Assembly: GCA_016213445.1 (NCBI GenBank)
Contig: JACRAJ010000002.1
Span: forward strand, 36,780-100,779
Direction of reading: 5' to 3'
Source of the DNA: Candidatus Azambacteria bacterium
GTDB taxonomy: Bacteria; Patescibacteriota; Minisyncoccia; UBA10092
Length of the DNA: 64,000 nucleotides
Shown here: one piece after another, positions 36,933 through 46,230 of the stretch
Layout: each line of letters opens with the position of its first letter
How positions within the stretch are numbered: position 1 is the stretch's first letter
The notes under the pieces: model-generated
Told to the model about the DNA's origin: nothing
Database searches by the model: none
The model's input: only the letters and a program-made list of their open reading frames with translations
Translations under genes and position numbers: made by a program

Positions 36933-37658
36933 ATGGCATTATTCAACATAATGGACTCCAAAAAAACAATAATTTTCCTTCACGGCTGGGGGGTTTCTTC
37001 AAAAATATTCGGGCCGCTTTTTTATTATTTTAAAAATGATTTTACCGTTTATTCCCCGGACTTGCCCGGCTTCGGTGAAACCCCGATTAAAAACATAATG
37101 ACTTTAAAAGATTATGCCGATTTTGTTTATAAGTTCGTTAAAGATGAAAACATCGAAAAGCCGATAATTATCGGACATTCTTTCGGCGGGGCGGTGGCGG
37201 CCAAATTCGCGATAAATTATCCCGACACTGCCTCGCTATTAGTTTTAGTCGGCGCCAGCTCCATTCGCGAACCGAATTTAAAAACCAAACTACTGGGAAA
37301 AGCCGCCGGAATTTTAAAATATTTTATACCGAAAAAAATGCGAAAAACCATTTTAAAAATTTTTAAACTCGACGCGTCCGATTACGCTTTAATAGAGAGT
37401 CCCCTTTTGAAAGAAACATTCAAAAATCTGATAAAAGAAAATCTGGCGGCGGAATTGCCGATGATAAAAATTCCTGCGCTTATCATCTGGGGCGAAAAAG
37501 ACGCGGAAACGCCGCTTAAAGAAGGGCAAAAAATCGCCGAACTTATTCCCAGCGCTAAATTTGCGATTATAAAAAACGCCGGCCATTTTGTGTTTTTGCA
37601 AAAGCCCGATGAATTTACCAAATTAATTAGAGAATTTTGTTTAGAAATTAAAAATTAG
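36933..37658 (+). CDS. alpha/beta hydrolase
   Basis: Nucleophile elbow GHSFGG and a downstream His (NAGHFVF). Confidence 0.8.
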   Translation: MALFNIMDSKKTIIFLHGWGVSSKIFGPLFYYFKNDFTVYSPDLPGFGETPIKNIMTLKDYADFVYKFVKDENIEKPIIIGHSFGGAVAAKFAINYPDTASLLVLVGASSIREPNLKTKLLGKAAGILKYFIPKKMRKTILKIFKLDASDYALIESPLLKETFKNLIKENLAAELPMIKIPALIIWGEKDAETPLKEGQKIAELIPSAKFAIIKNAGHFVFLQKPDEFTKLIREFCLEIKN

Positions 37659-37675
37659 AAAATAGAAATTTTTAC

Positions 37676-38878
37676 ATGATGCCTCTTAAAAATCTTTTAT
37701 ATCTTCTCCAGCTCGAAGAATACGATTTAAAACGTTTTAACGATTGGCTGAAGCGCAATCCGAACCGCGTCGTTTCGGAAAAAAAGGGAGTTATAAATTG
37801 GACTCCCAAAGCCCGCGCGCTTTTCGCGCTGGCCGAAATCATTAATATTTTAACTTTAAAAAAACGGCCTGATTCGGCGCTCGCAACCGCGCTTCGCATC
37901 TTAACGCCGCTCGACCGAATTATGAAAAATATTTCGATTTATCGGGCAAAATCGAAAATCGGAAAATTCAAAAATCTCACTGTCATTGGCATCACCGGCT
38001 CTTACGGAAAAACTACCGTGAAGGATGCCGTCGCCCATCTTTTAATTTCCAAATATCAGGTTTTGAAAACCGAAGGAAATTACAACACTCCGCTCGGAAT
38101 CTCTAAAACGATAATCGATAATTTGCAACCGGAACACGAAATATTCGTCTGCGAAATGGCCGCTTACAAGCCGGGCGACATTAAAGCCATCGCCGAAATT
38201 GTTAAGCCGAAAATCGGAATTATCACCGCCATCGGGCCGATGCATTTTGAAAGATTCGGCTCCATGGAAAATATTTTAAAAACAAAAATGGAACTTATAG
38301 AATCATTGCCCGAAGACGGCATCGGATTTTTGCCAAAAGAAATGGAAAATCAAAACAAAAATTCAATCAAGTTTTTTTCATCAAAAGAAGATTTGCTGGT
38401 GAAAATCGGAAAAATTTTCGGCATATCCGAAGAAGAAACTCTCGATTGGTTAAAAACAACGCCGCCGACTCCGCACCGGCAGGAAATTATCAAAGCTTCC
38501 GGCAATATTACCATAATCGACGACACTTACAATTCCAATCCGGCCGGTTTCGTTTCGGCTTTGGAAGCTTTAAAAAATATCGCCGCCGAAAGAAAAATTT
38601 TGGTTACTCCGGGAATGGTTGAACTTGGCGCAAAACAGTTTGAATTGAATAAAGAAGCGGCGCGGAGCGCCGCTCTAATCGCCGATTACATAATCATAAC
38701 GGGCGAAACAAATAAAAAATCCTTCGAAGAGGGTTTGAAAGAAGAATTAAAAGAAAATTTTGATAAAAAAGTTTTTTGGGCGGCGGATTTGGATTCGGCC
38801 AAATCAAAACTTTCCGAATTAACAACTCCAAATTCCGCTATTCTCTTAGAAAACGACCTTCCGGACAATTATTTTTGA
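37676..38878 (+). CDS. murF: UDP-N-acetylmuramoyl-tripeptide--D-alanyl-D-alanine ligase MurF
   Basis: Mur ligase P-loop GITGSYGKTTVK and DDTYNSNPAG. Confidence 0.85.
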   Translation: MMPLKNLLYLLQLEEYDLKRFNDWLKRNPNRVVSEKKGVINWTPKARALFALAEIINILTLKKRPDSALATALRILTPLDRIMKNISIYRAKSKIGKFKNLTVIGITGSYGKTTVKDAVAHLLISKYQVLKTEGNYNTPLGISKTIIDNLQPEHEIFVCEMAAYKPGDIKAIAEIVKPKIGIITAIGPMHFERFGSMENILKTKMELIESLPEDGIGFLPKEMENQNKNSIKFFSSKEDLLVKIGKIFGISEEETLDWLKTTPPTPHRQEIIKASGNITIIDDTYNSNPAGFVSALEALKNIAAERKILVTPGMVELGAKQFELNKEAARSAALIADYIIITGETNKKSFEEGLKEELKENFDKKVFWAADLDSAKSKLSELTTPNSAILLENDLPDNYF

Positions 38879-40035
38879 ATTCCGCCGGCGGTTTTGGAAA
38901 TCAATTCCGAATCGTAGCTAAACATCAGCGCCTGGCGATTTTTATGGCGCTCAAATCCAAGCTCTATCAATTTGTCCAATAAGTCCGGAAAATCCAATCC
39001 GCTTTTTTCCCAAAGATAAAAAGACAAGGAGCCCGGCAAAGTATTTATTTCCGTTATCCAAAATTCTCCGCTTTCCGGCCTCGCCATAAAATCAATGCGG
39101 GAAATGCCCGAGGCGTCAATGGCTTTAAAAGCTTTAAGCGACATTTCCTGAATCCGCTTGGTCAATTCTTCGTTTATCGGCGCCGGCACCAAACGCGAAA
39201 GGCCAGCCATTCCCTTGGTTTTTCCGCCTTTGAGATATTTGTCTTCGTAAGTCAAAACGTCCCGAACTTTTATCGGCTGTTCGCAAACCGAAACTTTTAA
39301 AGCTTCATTGCCCAGAACCGAACAGTTTATTTCAACGATATTTTCTTTCCCCTCTTCAACCACAATCCGCCTGTCAAAATTAACCGCAATGTCGATCGCA
39401 TTTTCCAATTCTTTAATATTTCCGGCCTTGCTGATGCCGACACTGCTTCCCAAATTCGCCGGCTTTACAAAAACCGGATAACCCAAGGTTTGTTCTACAT
39501 TTTTCAAAATTCCTCCCCTGTCATTTTCCCATTCGCTTTTTAAAAATCCCGAATATTTCACAACCGGAATGCCGGCGTCTTTAAAAACAGCTTTTTGGAT
39601 AATTTTGTCCATTCCGATTGCCGAAGCCGCAACGCCGCAGCCGGTGTATGGAATGCCGGCCATTTCAAAAAGGCCTTGCAGTGTGCCGTCTTCGCCGAAA
39701 GTGCCATGGATTAACGGCATATAAATATCGGCGCGAATTTTATTGAAAAAAGATTTTAAAAAACCCTGCGGCGCAAGCACTTTAACGCTCGGCGACGCCT
39801 GAAAAATGTATTCCGGCGCTTTAACGCCGCTCAATTTTAAATTCTTGAAGTTTTCTATTTTTTCAAGCCGCTTATCAACCAGCCAGCGGCCGGATTTGTC
39901 GATATAAACCGGAATGATTTCGTATTTATCGCGATCGATACTTTCAAAAGCCTGCATGGCGGTTACAATAGAAACTTCGTGTTCAACCGACCGCCCGCCG
40001 AAAACCGCCGCAACTTTTATTTTGGAATTTTCCAT
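38869..40035 (-). CDS. ddl: D-alanine--D-alanine ligase
   Basis: N-terminal KVAAVFGGRSVEHEVSI and an ATP-grasp core. Confidence 0.9.
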   Translation of the reverse strand: MENSKIKVAAVFGGRSVEHEVSIVTAMQAFESIDRDKYEIIPVYIDKSGRWLVDKRLEKIENFKNLKLSGVKAPEYIFQASPSVKVLAPQGFLKSFFNKIRADIYMPLIHGTFGEDGTLQGLFEMAGIPYTGCGVAASAIGMDKIIQKAVFKDAGIPVVKYSGFLKSEWENDRGGILKNVEQTLGYPVFVKPANLGSSVGISKAGNIKELENAIDIAVNFDRRIVVEEGKENIVEINCSVLGNEALKVSVCEQPIKVRDVLTYEDKYLKGGKTKGMAGLSRLVPAPINEELTKRIQEMSLKAFKAIDASGISRIDFMARPESGEFWITEINTLPGSLSFYLWEKSGLDFPDLLDKLIELGFERHKNRQALMFSYDSELISKTAGGIQK

Positions 40036-40064
40036 ACGCGAAAATTATACACTATTTATTATTA

Positions 40065-41702
40065 TTATTCTACCGGTTTGTCGGGAGGAATGCCCCAATA
40101 GCTGAATATGAATTGAGCCAAATCGTGAAAAACCGGCACAACCGTGCTTTCAGCGAAACGAACCCCTTTGGGATTGTCGATTTTAATCACGGTGATAAAT
40201 TTCGGATCGTATGCCGGCGCGAAACCGACGAATGTGTGGATATTTTCGTTTGCTTTGTAAGTGTGTGTTTTTAAATCTGGAATTTGAGCCGTTCCGGTTT
40301 TTCCGGCGATGGAATATCCGGCAATTTGAGCCCGCCGGCCGCTTCCGTTTTCAACCACTTTCACCATCATTGCTATTATTTTAGCTGAAGTTTCGGGAGA
40401 AATAACTTGGGTTCCCGGCTCGCTTTTCACTTCACGGCTTTCTCCGTTTCGGAAAATGATTTTAGCCGCCAAATGGGGCCTGACCAATTTGCCGCCGTTG
40501 GCAATTACCGATAGTGCCCGAATAAGCTCGACGGGCGTCAAAGCAACGCCCTGCCCAAAAGAAGCGGTGGCAAAATTAATGTCTCTCATATTCGATAGAA
40601 TTGAAAGATCTCCGGAAATTTCTTTGACATCGATTCCGGTTTTGCTGTCGATGCCAAAATTTTTCAGATATTTAAGAAATACGTCTTTCGGCACTTGCTG
40701 TTCAACAAAAACGGCGCCGGTATTTAAAGATTGTTCCAAAACCATTGGCATTGCCTGCCAACCCAAAACTTCGTTCGGCATAGCGTTGGAAATAATTCTG
40801 CCGTCAATTTTCACGCTGCCGGTGTTGTAGTACTTTGTCTCCGTCGTAACCGCGCCGGTATCAATGCCAATCGCCATAGTGATCGGTTTGAAAACTGAAC
40901 CGGGCTCATAACGTTTTAAAGTGGCCGGATTCATAAAAAAATCTTTATCGGAAACGGCGGAATAATTGTTGGCGTCGAAATCGGGAAAAGACGCCATGGC
41001 GGCGATATCGCCGTTTTTAGGATTCATCACAATAATAGAGCCGCTGTCGGCCTGCCACTTTTGAACCGCCGCGGAAATCAACGATCCGGCTTGAGCTTGA
41101 ATCGTCGAATCAATCGTTAAAACCAAATCGGCGCTGGAAACCGGCCCGGAAAGATCGTTATTGTAATATTCTTCAAGGCCGTACTGGCCAGCTTGACCAT
41201 TTTTGCCGAATCCCAAAAAACCGATAACCTGCGAAAGGCGCAAACCTTCGGGATAATATCTCAAAGTTTCGCTGTCGACGCCGAGAGCCGGGTCGCCCAA
41301 AGCTTTAACGGCGTTTACAACATCATCGGAAACTTTTTTCTTTAGAACTTCATAAGGATCATTGGTTTTTGACAACTTCTGCAATAAAAATTGTTCTTCG
41401 ACCTGCAAAATCGGAGCTAATTTTTTCGCCAATCCCGCCGGATCCGCCGCTTTTGACGGCGCGGCGTAAATCAAAGAAAATTCTTTATTCAAAACCGCGG
41501 CGTACGGAATATTGTCTTTATCGGTTAAAAAAATGCTGCCGCGGGAAATAACGCCGCTATTGGTACCCAAACTTTTGGCTTTGGCCATATAATAATCATG
41601 GCGGATGACAGTTAAATAAAAAAACCGCCCCCAAATAAGCAGGCTAAAAAAAATAAACCCGAGAATTAAAACCAAAATTCTTTTTTCCGGATTATGTTTC
41701 AT
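40065..41702 (-). CDS. ftsI: penicillin-binding protein 2 / FtsI transpeptidase
   Basis: SxxK (GSVFKP), SxN and KTGT motifs. Has an N-terminal anchor. Confidence 0.9.
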   Translation of the reverse strand: MKHNPEKRILVLILGFIFFSLLIWGRFFYLTVIRHDYYMAKAKSLGTNSGVISRGSIFLTDKDNIPYAAVLNKEFSLIYAAPSKAADPAGLAKKLAPILQVEEQFLLQKLSKTNDPYEVLKKKVSDDVVNAVKALGDPALGVDSETLRYYPEGLRLSQVIGFLGFGKNGQAGQYGLEEYYNNDLSGPVSSADLVLTIDSTIQAQAGSLISAAVQKWQADSGSIIVMNPKNGDIAAMASFPDFDANNYSAVSDKDFFMNPATLKRYEPGSVFKPITMAIGIDTGAVTTETKYYNTGSVKIDGRIISNAMPNEVLGWQAMPMVLEQSLNTGAVFVEQQVPKDVFLKYLKNFGIDSKTGIDVKEISGDLSILSNMRDINFATASFGQGVALTPVELIRALSVIANGGKLVRPHLAAKIIFRNGESREVKSEPGTQVISPETSAKIIAMMVKVVENGSGRRAQIAGYSIAGKTGTAQIPDLKTHTYKANENIHTFVGFAPAYDPKFITVIKIDNPKGVRFAESTVVPVFHDLAQFIFSYWGIPPDKPVE

Positions 41703-41716
41703 ACATAACTGCTATA

Positions 41717-42037
41717 TCATTGGCTTTTCGCCACCGAGCCGGAAACTTGGACATACTGGATTTTATCATTGGCAACAAGATTCATATTTTTAGCCGCTTT
41801 TTCAAGAAAACCGATACTTCGCTTTTCGGAAAGATTAAGGTTGAGAGACCTTATTTCTATTTTCAAATTATCAACGGTTTTTTGCAATACGGTTTTTTGA
41901 TAATTGGCCACAACCACGCTGTTTATCGCAAACAGATAAAACACGGCCAAGCCGATAACGCTTAAACCGAAAATTGTGTTAAGCGATTCTAATTTTAAAT
42001 TTTCAAATGCCTGTATTTTTAATGCGGCTCTGTTCAT
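41717..42037 (-). CDS. ftsL: FtsL-like cell division protein
   Basis: Small bitopic protein with a coiled coil. Its position between rsmH and ftsI matches the dcw cluster. Confidence 0.55.
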   Translation of the reverse strand: MNRAALKIQAFENLKLESLNTIFGLSVIGLAVFYLFAINSVVVANYQKTVLQKTVDNLKIEIRSLNLNLSEKRSIGFLEKAAKNMNLVANDKIQYVQVSGSVAKSQ

Positions 42038-42918
42038 AATTTTTCAATTACTCTCAATTTCGCGCTGCGGCTTTTAGGATTAATTTTTATTTCTTCAGCC
42101 GAAGCGACAACGGGTTTTTTATTCAAAATTTTAATTATGTTTTCCTTGCTTAAATCTTTAGACCAATTTTTCACCAATCGATCTTCCAAAGAATGAAATG
42201 AAATGAATGCCGCCCTCCCGCCTCCCGATAAAATTTTCGGAATATCGGCCAAGGCTTTTTCTATTTCCGCCAATTCCCCGTTAACCTCGATTCTTAGCGC
42301 CTGGAAAATTTTTGTTGCCGGATGGATTTTCCCCCGCCGCCTTATAACTTTTTCGATAATCGCAACCAGTTCTTTCGTCGTTTTTATTCTTCCGCGATCT
42401 CTGGCTTGCGCCACAGCCCTTGCAACCATCCTCGCTTTCGGCTCTTCTCCGAATTCTTTGAAAATTCTGAAAAGTTCCGCTTCTCCGTAATCATTTAAAA
42501 TATCCTCGGCCGTAAGCGGCGTCCGGATGTCGTAGCGCATATCGAGAATTTCATCTTTTTGGAATGAAAATCCTTTTCCCGAATTTTCCAGCTGGCCGGT
42601 CGACATTCCAAAATCAATCACAACGCCCTTAATTTCGCCGATGCCGCTTTCTTCGACAATTTTCAAAATGTTCCCGAAAGAATCGTTTGCAAAAACAACC
42701 CTGTTTCCGAATTCTTCCAAATTAATCTTGGCGCGGCTTATCGAATCAATATCGCGATCGATGGCAATCAATTTTCCATTCGGCGCGGTTTTTTCGAGTA
42801 TCGCTTTAGCATGGCCGCCGTCGCCCACCGTGGCATCGATAAAATTCTGATTCGCCTGCGGATCCAGATATTTCAAAACTTCGTTTAAAAGAACGGGAAC
42901 GTGCATATCAGATTCCAA
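42034..42918 (-). CDS. rsmH: 16S rRNA (cytosine1402-N4)-methyltransferase RsmH
   Basis: SAM-binding DATVGDGGH and the MraW family pattern. Confidence 0.9.
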   Translation of the reverse strand: MESDMHVPVLLNEVLKYLDPQANQNFIDATVGDGGHAKAILEKTAPNGKLIAIDRDIDSISRAKINLEEFGNRVVFANDSFGNILKIVEESGIGEIKGVVIDFGMSTGQLENSGKGFSFQKDEILDMRYDIRTPLTAEDILNDYGEAELFRIFKEFGEEPKARMVARAVAQARDRGRIKTTKELVAIIEKVIRRRGKIHPATKIFQALRIEVNGELAEIEKALADIPKILSGGGRAAFISFHSLEDRLVKNWSKDLSKENIIKILNKKPVVASAEEIKINPKSRSAKLRVIEKL

Positions 42919-43339
42919 ACTCGCTTAATCCTTCCGCAATATCGCCGGACATTTTTTCCGCTTCGCCGATATATTCGTTCCAAATGTTTTCGCTCCAAAG
43001 CTCAACGCGGTCGGAAACGCCGATCACTACAATCGATTTTTCCAATCCGGCGTAATTTTTAAGCGAATCGGGAATTAAAACGCGGCCCATTTCATCAATC
43101 TCAACTTCGGAAGCGCCCGAAAGCATAAATCTTTTAAAATCCCGGGCTTTTTTCTGGCCAAGCGGCAAATTATTCATTTTTTCCATAAAGATCTGCCAAT
43201 CGCGATGAGGATAAATAAACAAACAGTTGTCCAAGCCTCTCGTTAAAACCGGCTTCTCCCCCAATTCCATTCGCAATTTTGCCGGAATCGTGAGGCGGTT
43301 CTTGGAATCCAAATTGTGCTTAAATTCGCCTAACAACAT
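42908..43339 (-). CDS. mraZ: transcriptional regulator MraZ
   Basis: MLLGEFKHNLDSKNRLTIPAKLR, a tandem MraZ/SpoVT-AbrB repeat. Confidence 0.9.
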   Translation of the reverse strand: MLLGEFKHNLDSKNRLTIPAKLRMELGEKPVLTRGLDNCLFIYPHRDWQIFMEKMNNLPLGQKKARDFKRFMLSGASEVEIDEMGRVLIPDSLKNYAGLEKSIVVIGVSDRVELWSENIWNEYIGEAEKMSGDIAEGLSEFGI

Positions 43340-43340
43340 G

Positions 43341-43454
43341 TATTGTTATCCCCAGTTTTATATACTTATCCACAAACTTACCCACAATCTCCCACCAAGC
43401 AAATTAATCTTAATATAAAAAAATCAGGCCCGCAATAGGCCTGATTGTGGATAA
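43341..43454. promoter_or_regulatory. cluster of DnaA-box motifs upstream of mraZ (two perfect TTATCCACA/TGTGGATAA plus two 1-mismatch boxes) with an AT-rich stretch
   Basis: ttatcccca at 43345, ttatccaca at 43366-43374, ttacccaca at 43378-43386 and tgtggataa at 43446-43454. The stretch aaattaatcttaatataaaaaaa lies between them. Confidence 0.45.
43414..43446 (-). terminator. intrinsic terminator downstream of tRNA-Val
   Basis: The minus strand reads aatcaggcctattgcgggcctgatt plus a T-run. Confidence 0.6.
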
Positions 43455-43471
43455 GTTTTTAAGAATTTATG

Positions 43472-43543
43472 TGGGCGCAATAAGAATCGAACTTATACTC
43501 TCTCCGATGTGAACGGAGCGTTTTGCCATTAAACTATGCGCCC
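43472..43543 (-). tRNA. tRNA-Val (anticodon CAC)
   Basis: GGGCGCATAGTTTAATGGCAAAACGCTCCGTTCACATCGGAGAG... Anticodon loop ttCACat. Confidence 0.75.
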
Positions 43544-44130
43544 TAAATTTTAAGTTTATTTATCAGTTTTTCGTGCTTGAAATCCAAAAGATCGCGAATA
43601 AAGCGGTCATACATTCCGTATCGATAATAAAATTCTTTCGTTGTCATCAGGCTGTAATTGATTTCTTTGCCGATTTCCGCTTCCAGCGCGCCGATGAAAT
43701 TATTGAATTTTGCCAACTTTACATTGTCGCCGACCACCAAAAGATCCGCTCCCGAATTGTCGCAATTTACGAATACGCCGCTAAGAATCGCCAATTTTAT
43801 TTTTCCCAAAGTTTTTAAGCGCTTCAGCATTTTTTCTTTTGAAGCCGGACTGGCTTTGACAAGCAGTTCCCTTAATTCGTTATAAAACGCAAAACCGCGA
43901 TTAACCCCGAAAGTCTGTTCGCTTTTTACATTTTTCCGAATCAAAAAATTGATCCCGACCAAATCTTCGATATTTTTTCTCACCGGAGCCGGTTTCAAAT
44001 TAAGTTTTTTTGACACCGCGTTCAATTTAAAATTTTCTTCCGGACTGCGCAAAAACAGCTTTAAAAGCCTCACCTTAACCGGAGAATCGAACAAAGCGTC
44101 AAATGTGGGTTCTAAAAATTTTTTCGCCAT
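43543..44130 (-). CDS. hypothetical protein with possible winged-helix domain
   Basis: The start is set at MAKKFLEP (44130). No catalytic motif is visible. Confidence 0.5.
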   Translation of the reverse strand: MAKKFLEPTFDALFDSPVKVRLLKLFLRSPEENFKLNAVSKKLNLKPAPVRKNIEDLVGINFLIRKNVKSEQTFGVNRGFAFYNELRELLVKASPASKEKMLKRLKTLGKIKLAILSGVFVNCDNSGADLLVVGDNVKLAKFNNFIGALEAEIGKEINYSLMTTKEFYYRYGMYDRFIRDLLDFKHEKLINKLKI

Positions 44131-44218
44131 ATCGCAACCTATGATAAAACAAAACGCCCGATTTTTCAATCGCGCGTTTTGTTTTTATGCTAATCTTATA
44201 TTATTTCGTTAATACCCT

Positions 44219-44599
44219 TTATTTCAATTCAACCGTTGCTCCGGCCGCTTCCAGTTTTTTCTTCAATTCTTCGGCTTCGGCTTTTCCGACGCCGCTTTTT
44301 ACAACTTGAGGAGCGGTATCAACCAACTGCTTCGCTTCTTGAAGGCCTTTGTCGGTCGCTTCGCGAACCGCTTTGATGACGGCAATTTTCTGATCGCCCG
44401 CCTTGGCCAATACCACGTCAAAAGCGCTCTTTTCTTCCACGGCCGCCGCTTCTCCGGCTCCGCCGGCCATCGGCATAGCCATCATGGGCGCCGCCGCCGA
44501 CACGCCGAATTTTTCTTCCAGCGCTTTAACGAGCTCGGAAAGTTCCAATGCGGTAAGTTTTTCTATTTCTTCGATTATTTTGTTGTATTTATCCGACAT
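44219..44599 (-). CDS. rplL: 50S ribosomal protein L7/L12
   Basis: N-terminal dimerisation helix, an Ala-rich hinge and a C-terminal domain ([13 protein letters not shown]). Confidence 0.9.
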   Translation of the reverse strand: MSDKYNKIIEEIEKLTALELSELVKALEEKFGVSAAAPMMAMPMAGGAGEAAAVEEKSAFDVVLAKAGDQKIAVIKAVREATDKGLQEAKQLVDTAPQVVKSGVGKAEAEELKKKLEAAGATVELK

Positions 44600-44642
44600 A
44601 TTATTAAATTAATTTTAAATTTATAATTTTCAATTTTTTTGT

Positions 44643-45167
44643 TTACGACCTTTTACCTTTTAAATTATTTAACACTCCGACCAAATCGCGCATATTGCCT
44701 TGCAACACATTCGCCAATCCTGAAAGCGGAGAAGCAACCGTTCTGACAAATTGCCCCAAAAGAATTTCCCGAGAAGGCAGTTTCGCCAAAGCGATTATCT
44801 TTTCTTTTCCCTGCCAATTGATTCCCAAAAATCCTCCCAAAATTTTAAGAGCGTCATTAGCTTTGGAAAATTTCCAAACCGAGCTCGCCGCCGGCACCGG
44901 ATCGGCATAACTGAAAACCACGCCCACCTGATTCTTAAAGCTATCAAGATCCACGTTTTCAAAATGTTCGGATTTCAAAGCCCTGTCAATCAAAGTTTTT
45001 TTGGCAACCTTGTATTCGGCGTCGGCCGCTTTCAAATTGCGCCGCAATTCCATGGTTTTGCTTACGGGCAATTTATTAAAATCAACAAAAACCGCTGCCT
45101 TGGCTCGTTTAAATTTATCAACCAAATCTTTCAAAATATTCTGTTTTTGTTCTTTTGTTAACGGCAT
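44643..45167 (-). CDS. rplJ: 50S ribosomal protein L10
   Basis: L10 family. Upstream of rplL. Confidence 0.85.
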   Translation of the reverse strand: MPLTKEQKQNILKDLVDKFKRAKAAVFVDFNKLPVSKTMELRRNLKAADAEYKVAKKTLIDRALKSEHFENVDLDSFKNQVGVVFSYADPVPAASSVWKFSKANDALKILGGFLGINWQGKEKIIALAKLPSREILLGQFVRTVASPLSGLANVLQGNMRDLVGVLNNLKGKRS

Positions 45168-45345
45168 ATATTTAAAATTTTCAATATTTCAAGCATTAAA
45201 AAATGCGGATTATAATCCGCAAATAATAAAAGCATCTGCTTTTATCCTCGGAGAGGCTCACATCTTTCGAAAGCTCTCTGTCTGCGGACTGCGTCCTCCG
45301 AAGCTTTATGCGAAGGAGGATATTACCAATATATTATGTGCGCAA
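45168..45345 (-). promoter_or_regulatory. candidate rplJ (L10) leader / autoregulatory structured 5' UTR
   Basis: A 175-nt untranslated region with the hairpins gcggattataatccgc and ctccgaggataaa...tcctcggag directly upstream of rplJ. Calling it the L10 leader is inference. Confidence 0.35.
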
Positions 45346-45352
45346 AATCTTG

Positions 45353-46027
45353 TCAACCTTGGTATCGCTTCCTCCACTCCTCGATTTTTTTATGGTTGCC
45401 GGAAAGCAAAACTTCGGGAACGGCGTATTTTTTACCGCGATAAATAAAAACATCCGGACGAGTGTATGTTGGAACGCCAATTCCGTATCTCTTTTCTTCG
45501 AGCGATTCCTCTTTGCCCAAAACACCCGGAATATGCCGCGAAACCGCGTCAATAACAACCATTGCCGGAAGTTCCCCTCCGGTTAAAACATACGGCCCTG
45601 CTGATAATTCCGAAATCCGAAATTCGAAATTCGAAATTACTTTTTTAATCCGCGCGTCAACGCCTTCATAACGGCCGGCAATCATCACGATGCGATCATA
45701 TTTTTTGGCGAAATCGCTTGCCATCTTGGAATTAAATTGTTTTCCGGAAGCGGAAAATAATATTATCTTGACTTTTGATTTTTGATTTTTGATTTTTGAT
45801 TTTAAAATCGAATCGAGAGCTCTAACAATCGGTTCAGCTTTAAACACCATTCCCGCTCCCCCGCCATACGGCTTTCCGTCAACCGTTTTATGCTTGTCGG
45901 TCGTAAAATCGCGCAAATTAATCGCGTTGATTTTAATTTTCTTGTTTTTTAAGGCGCGCTTAATGATACTCTCGTTTAAATAAGAATCGAAAATTTTCGG
46001 AAAAATTGTTATTATGTCAAATTGCAT
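45353..46027 (-). CDS. trmD: tRNA (guanine37-N1)-methyltransferase TrmD
   Basis: HKTVDGKPYGGGAGMV and the SPOUT knot region YVLTGGELPAMVVIDAVSR. Confidence 0.9.
   Translation of the reverse strand: MQFDIITIFPKIFDSYLNESIIKRALKNKKIKINAINLRDFTTDKHKTVDGKPYGGGAGMVFKAEPIVRALDSILKSKIKNQKSKVKIILFSASGKQFNSKMASDFAKKYDRIVMIAGRYEGVDARIKKVISNFEFRISELSAGPYVLTGGELPAMVVIDAVSRHIPGVLGKEESLEEKRYGIGVPTYTRPDVFIYRGKKYAVPEVLLSGNHKKIEEWRKRYQG
45611..45638. repeat. heptanucleotide microsatellite (CGAAATT)x4 in trmD
   Basis: cgaaatccgaaattcgaaattcgaaatt encodes ISNFEFRIS in a variable loop. Confidence 0.85.
45773..45808. repeat. heptanucleotide microsatellite (TTTTGAT)x4-5 in trmD
   Basis: cttttgatttttgatttttgatttttgattttaaaatc encodes LKSKIKNQKSKVK. 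Confidence 0.85.
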
Positions 46028-46048
46028 ATAGCTAATATAATATCTTTA

Positions 46049-46172
46049 AATAATAATTTTTCTCGCGCACTCGGCCGCCCAGCGGCGACCTTATTGTCCG
46101 ATGAAAGCGTTTTGCTCCGCTACGCGGAGACCATGCCAAAACGCTTTCATAAGCTTCGTAAAATTATTATTT
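46049..46172. repeat. MITE-like dispersed repeat, copy A, with terminal inverted repeats
   Basis: Core: ctcgcgcactcg...ttgtccgatgaaagcgttttgctccgctacgcggagaccatgccaaaacgctttcataagcttcg. It is flanked by the TIRs aaataataatttttc / gtaaaattattattt. The same core recurs at 61139-61267. Confidence 0.8.
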
Positions 46173-46230
46173 AAAGATATTATTATCAATCTTAGCCAAA
46201 ACCCCCGCAACGCGGGGGTTTTGGTTTAGA

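Noticed and set aside
41440-41470. Third palindromic-element copy in ftsI (ccgccggatccgccgc)
   Set aside because: It contains GGATCC flanked by GC-rich sequence, but the arms are not complementary. It encodes ordinary PBP sequence, so it is a chance similarity.
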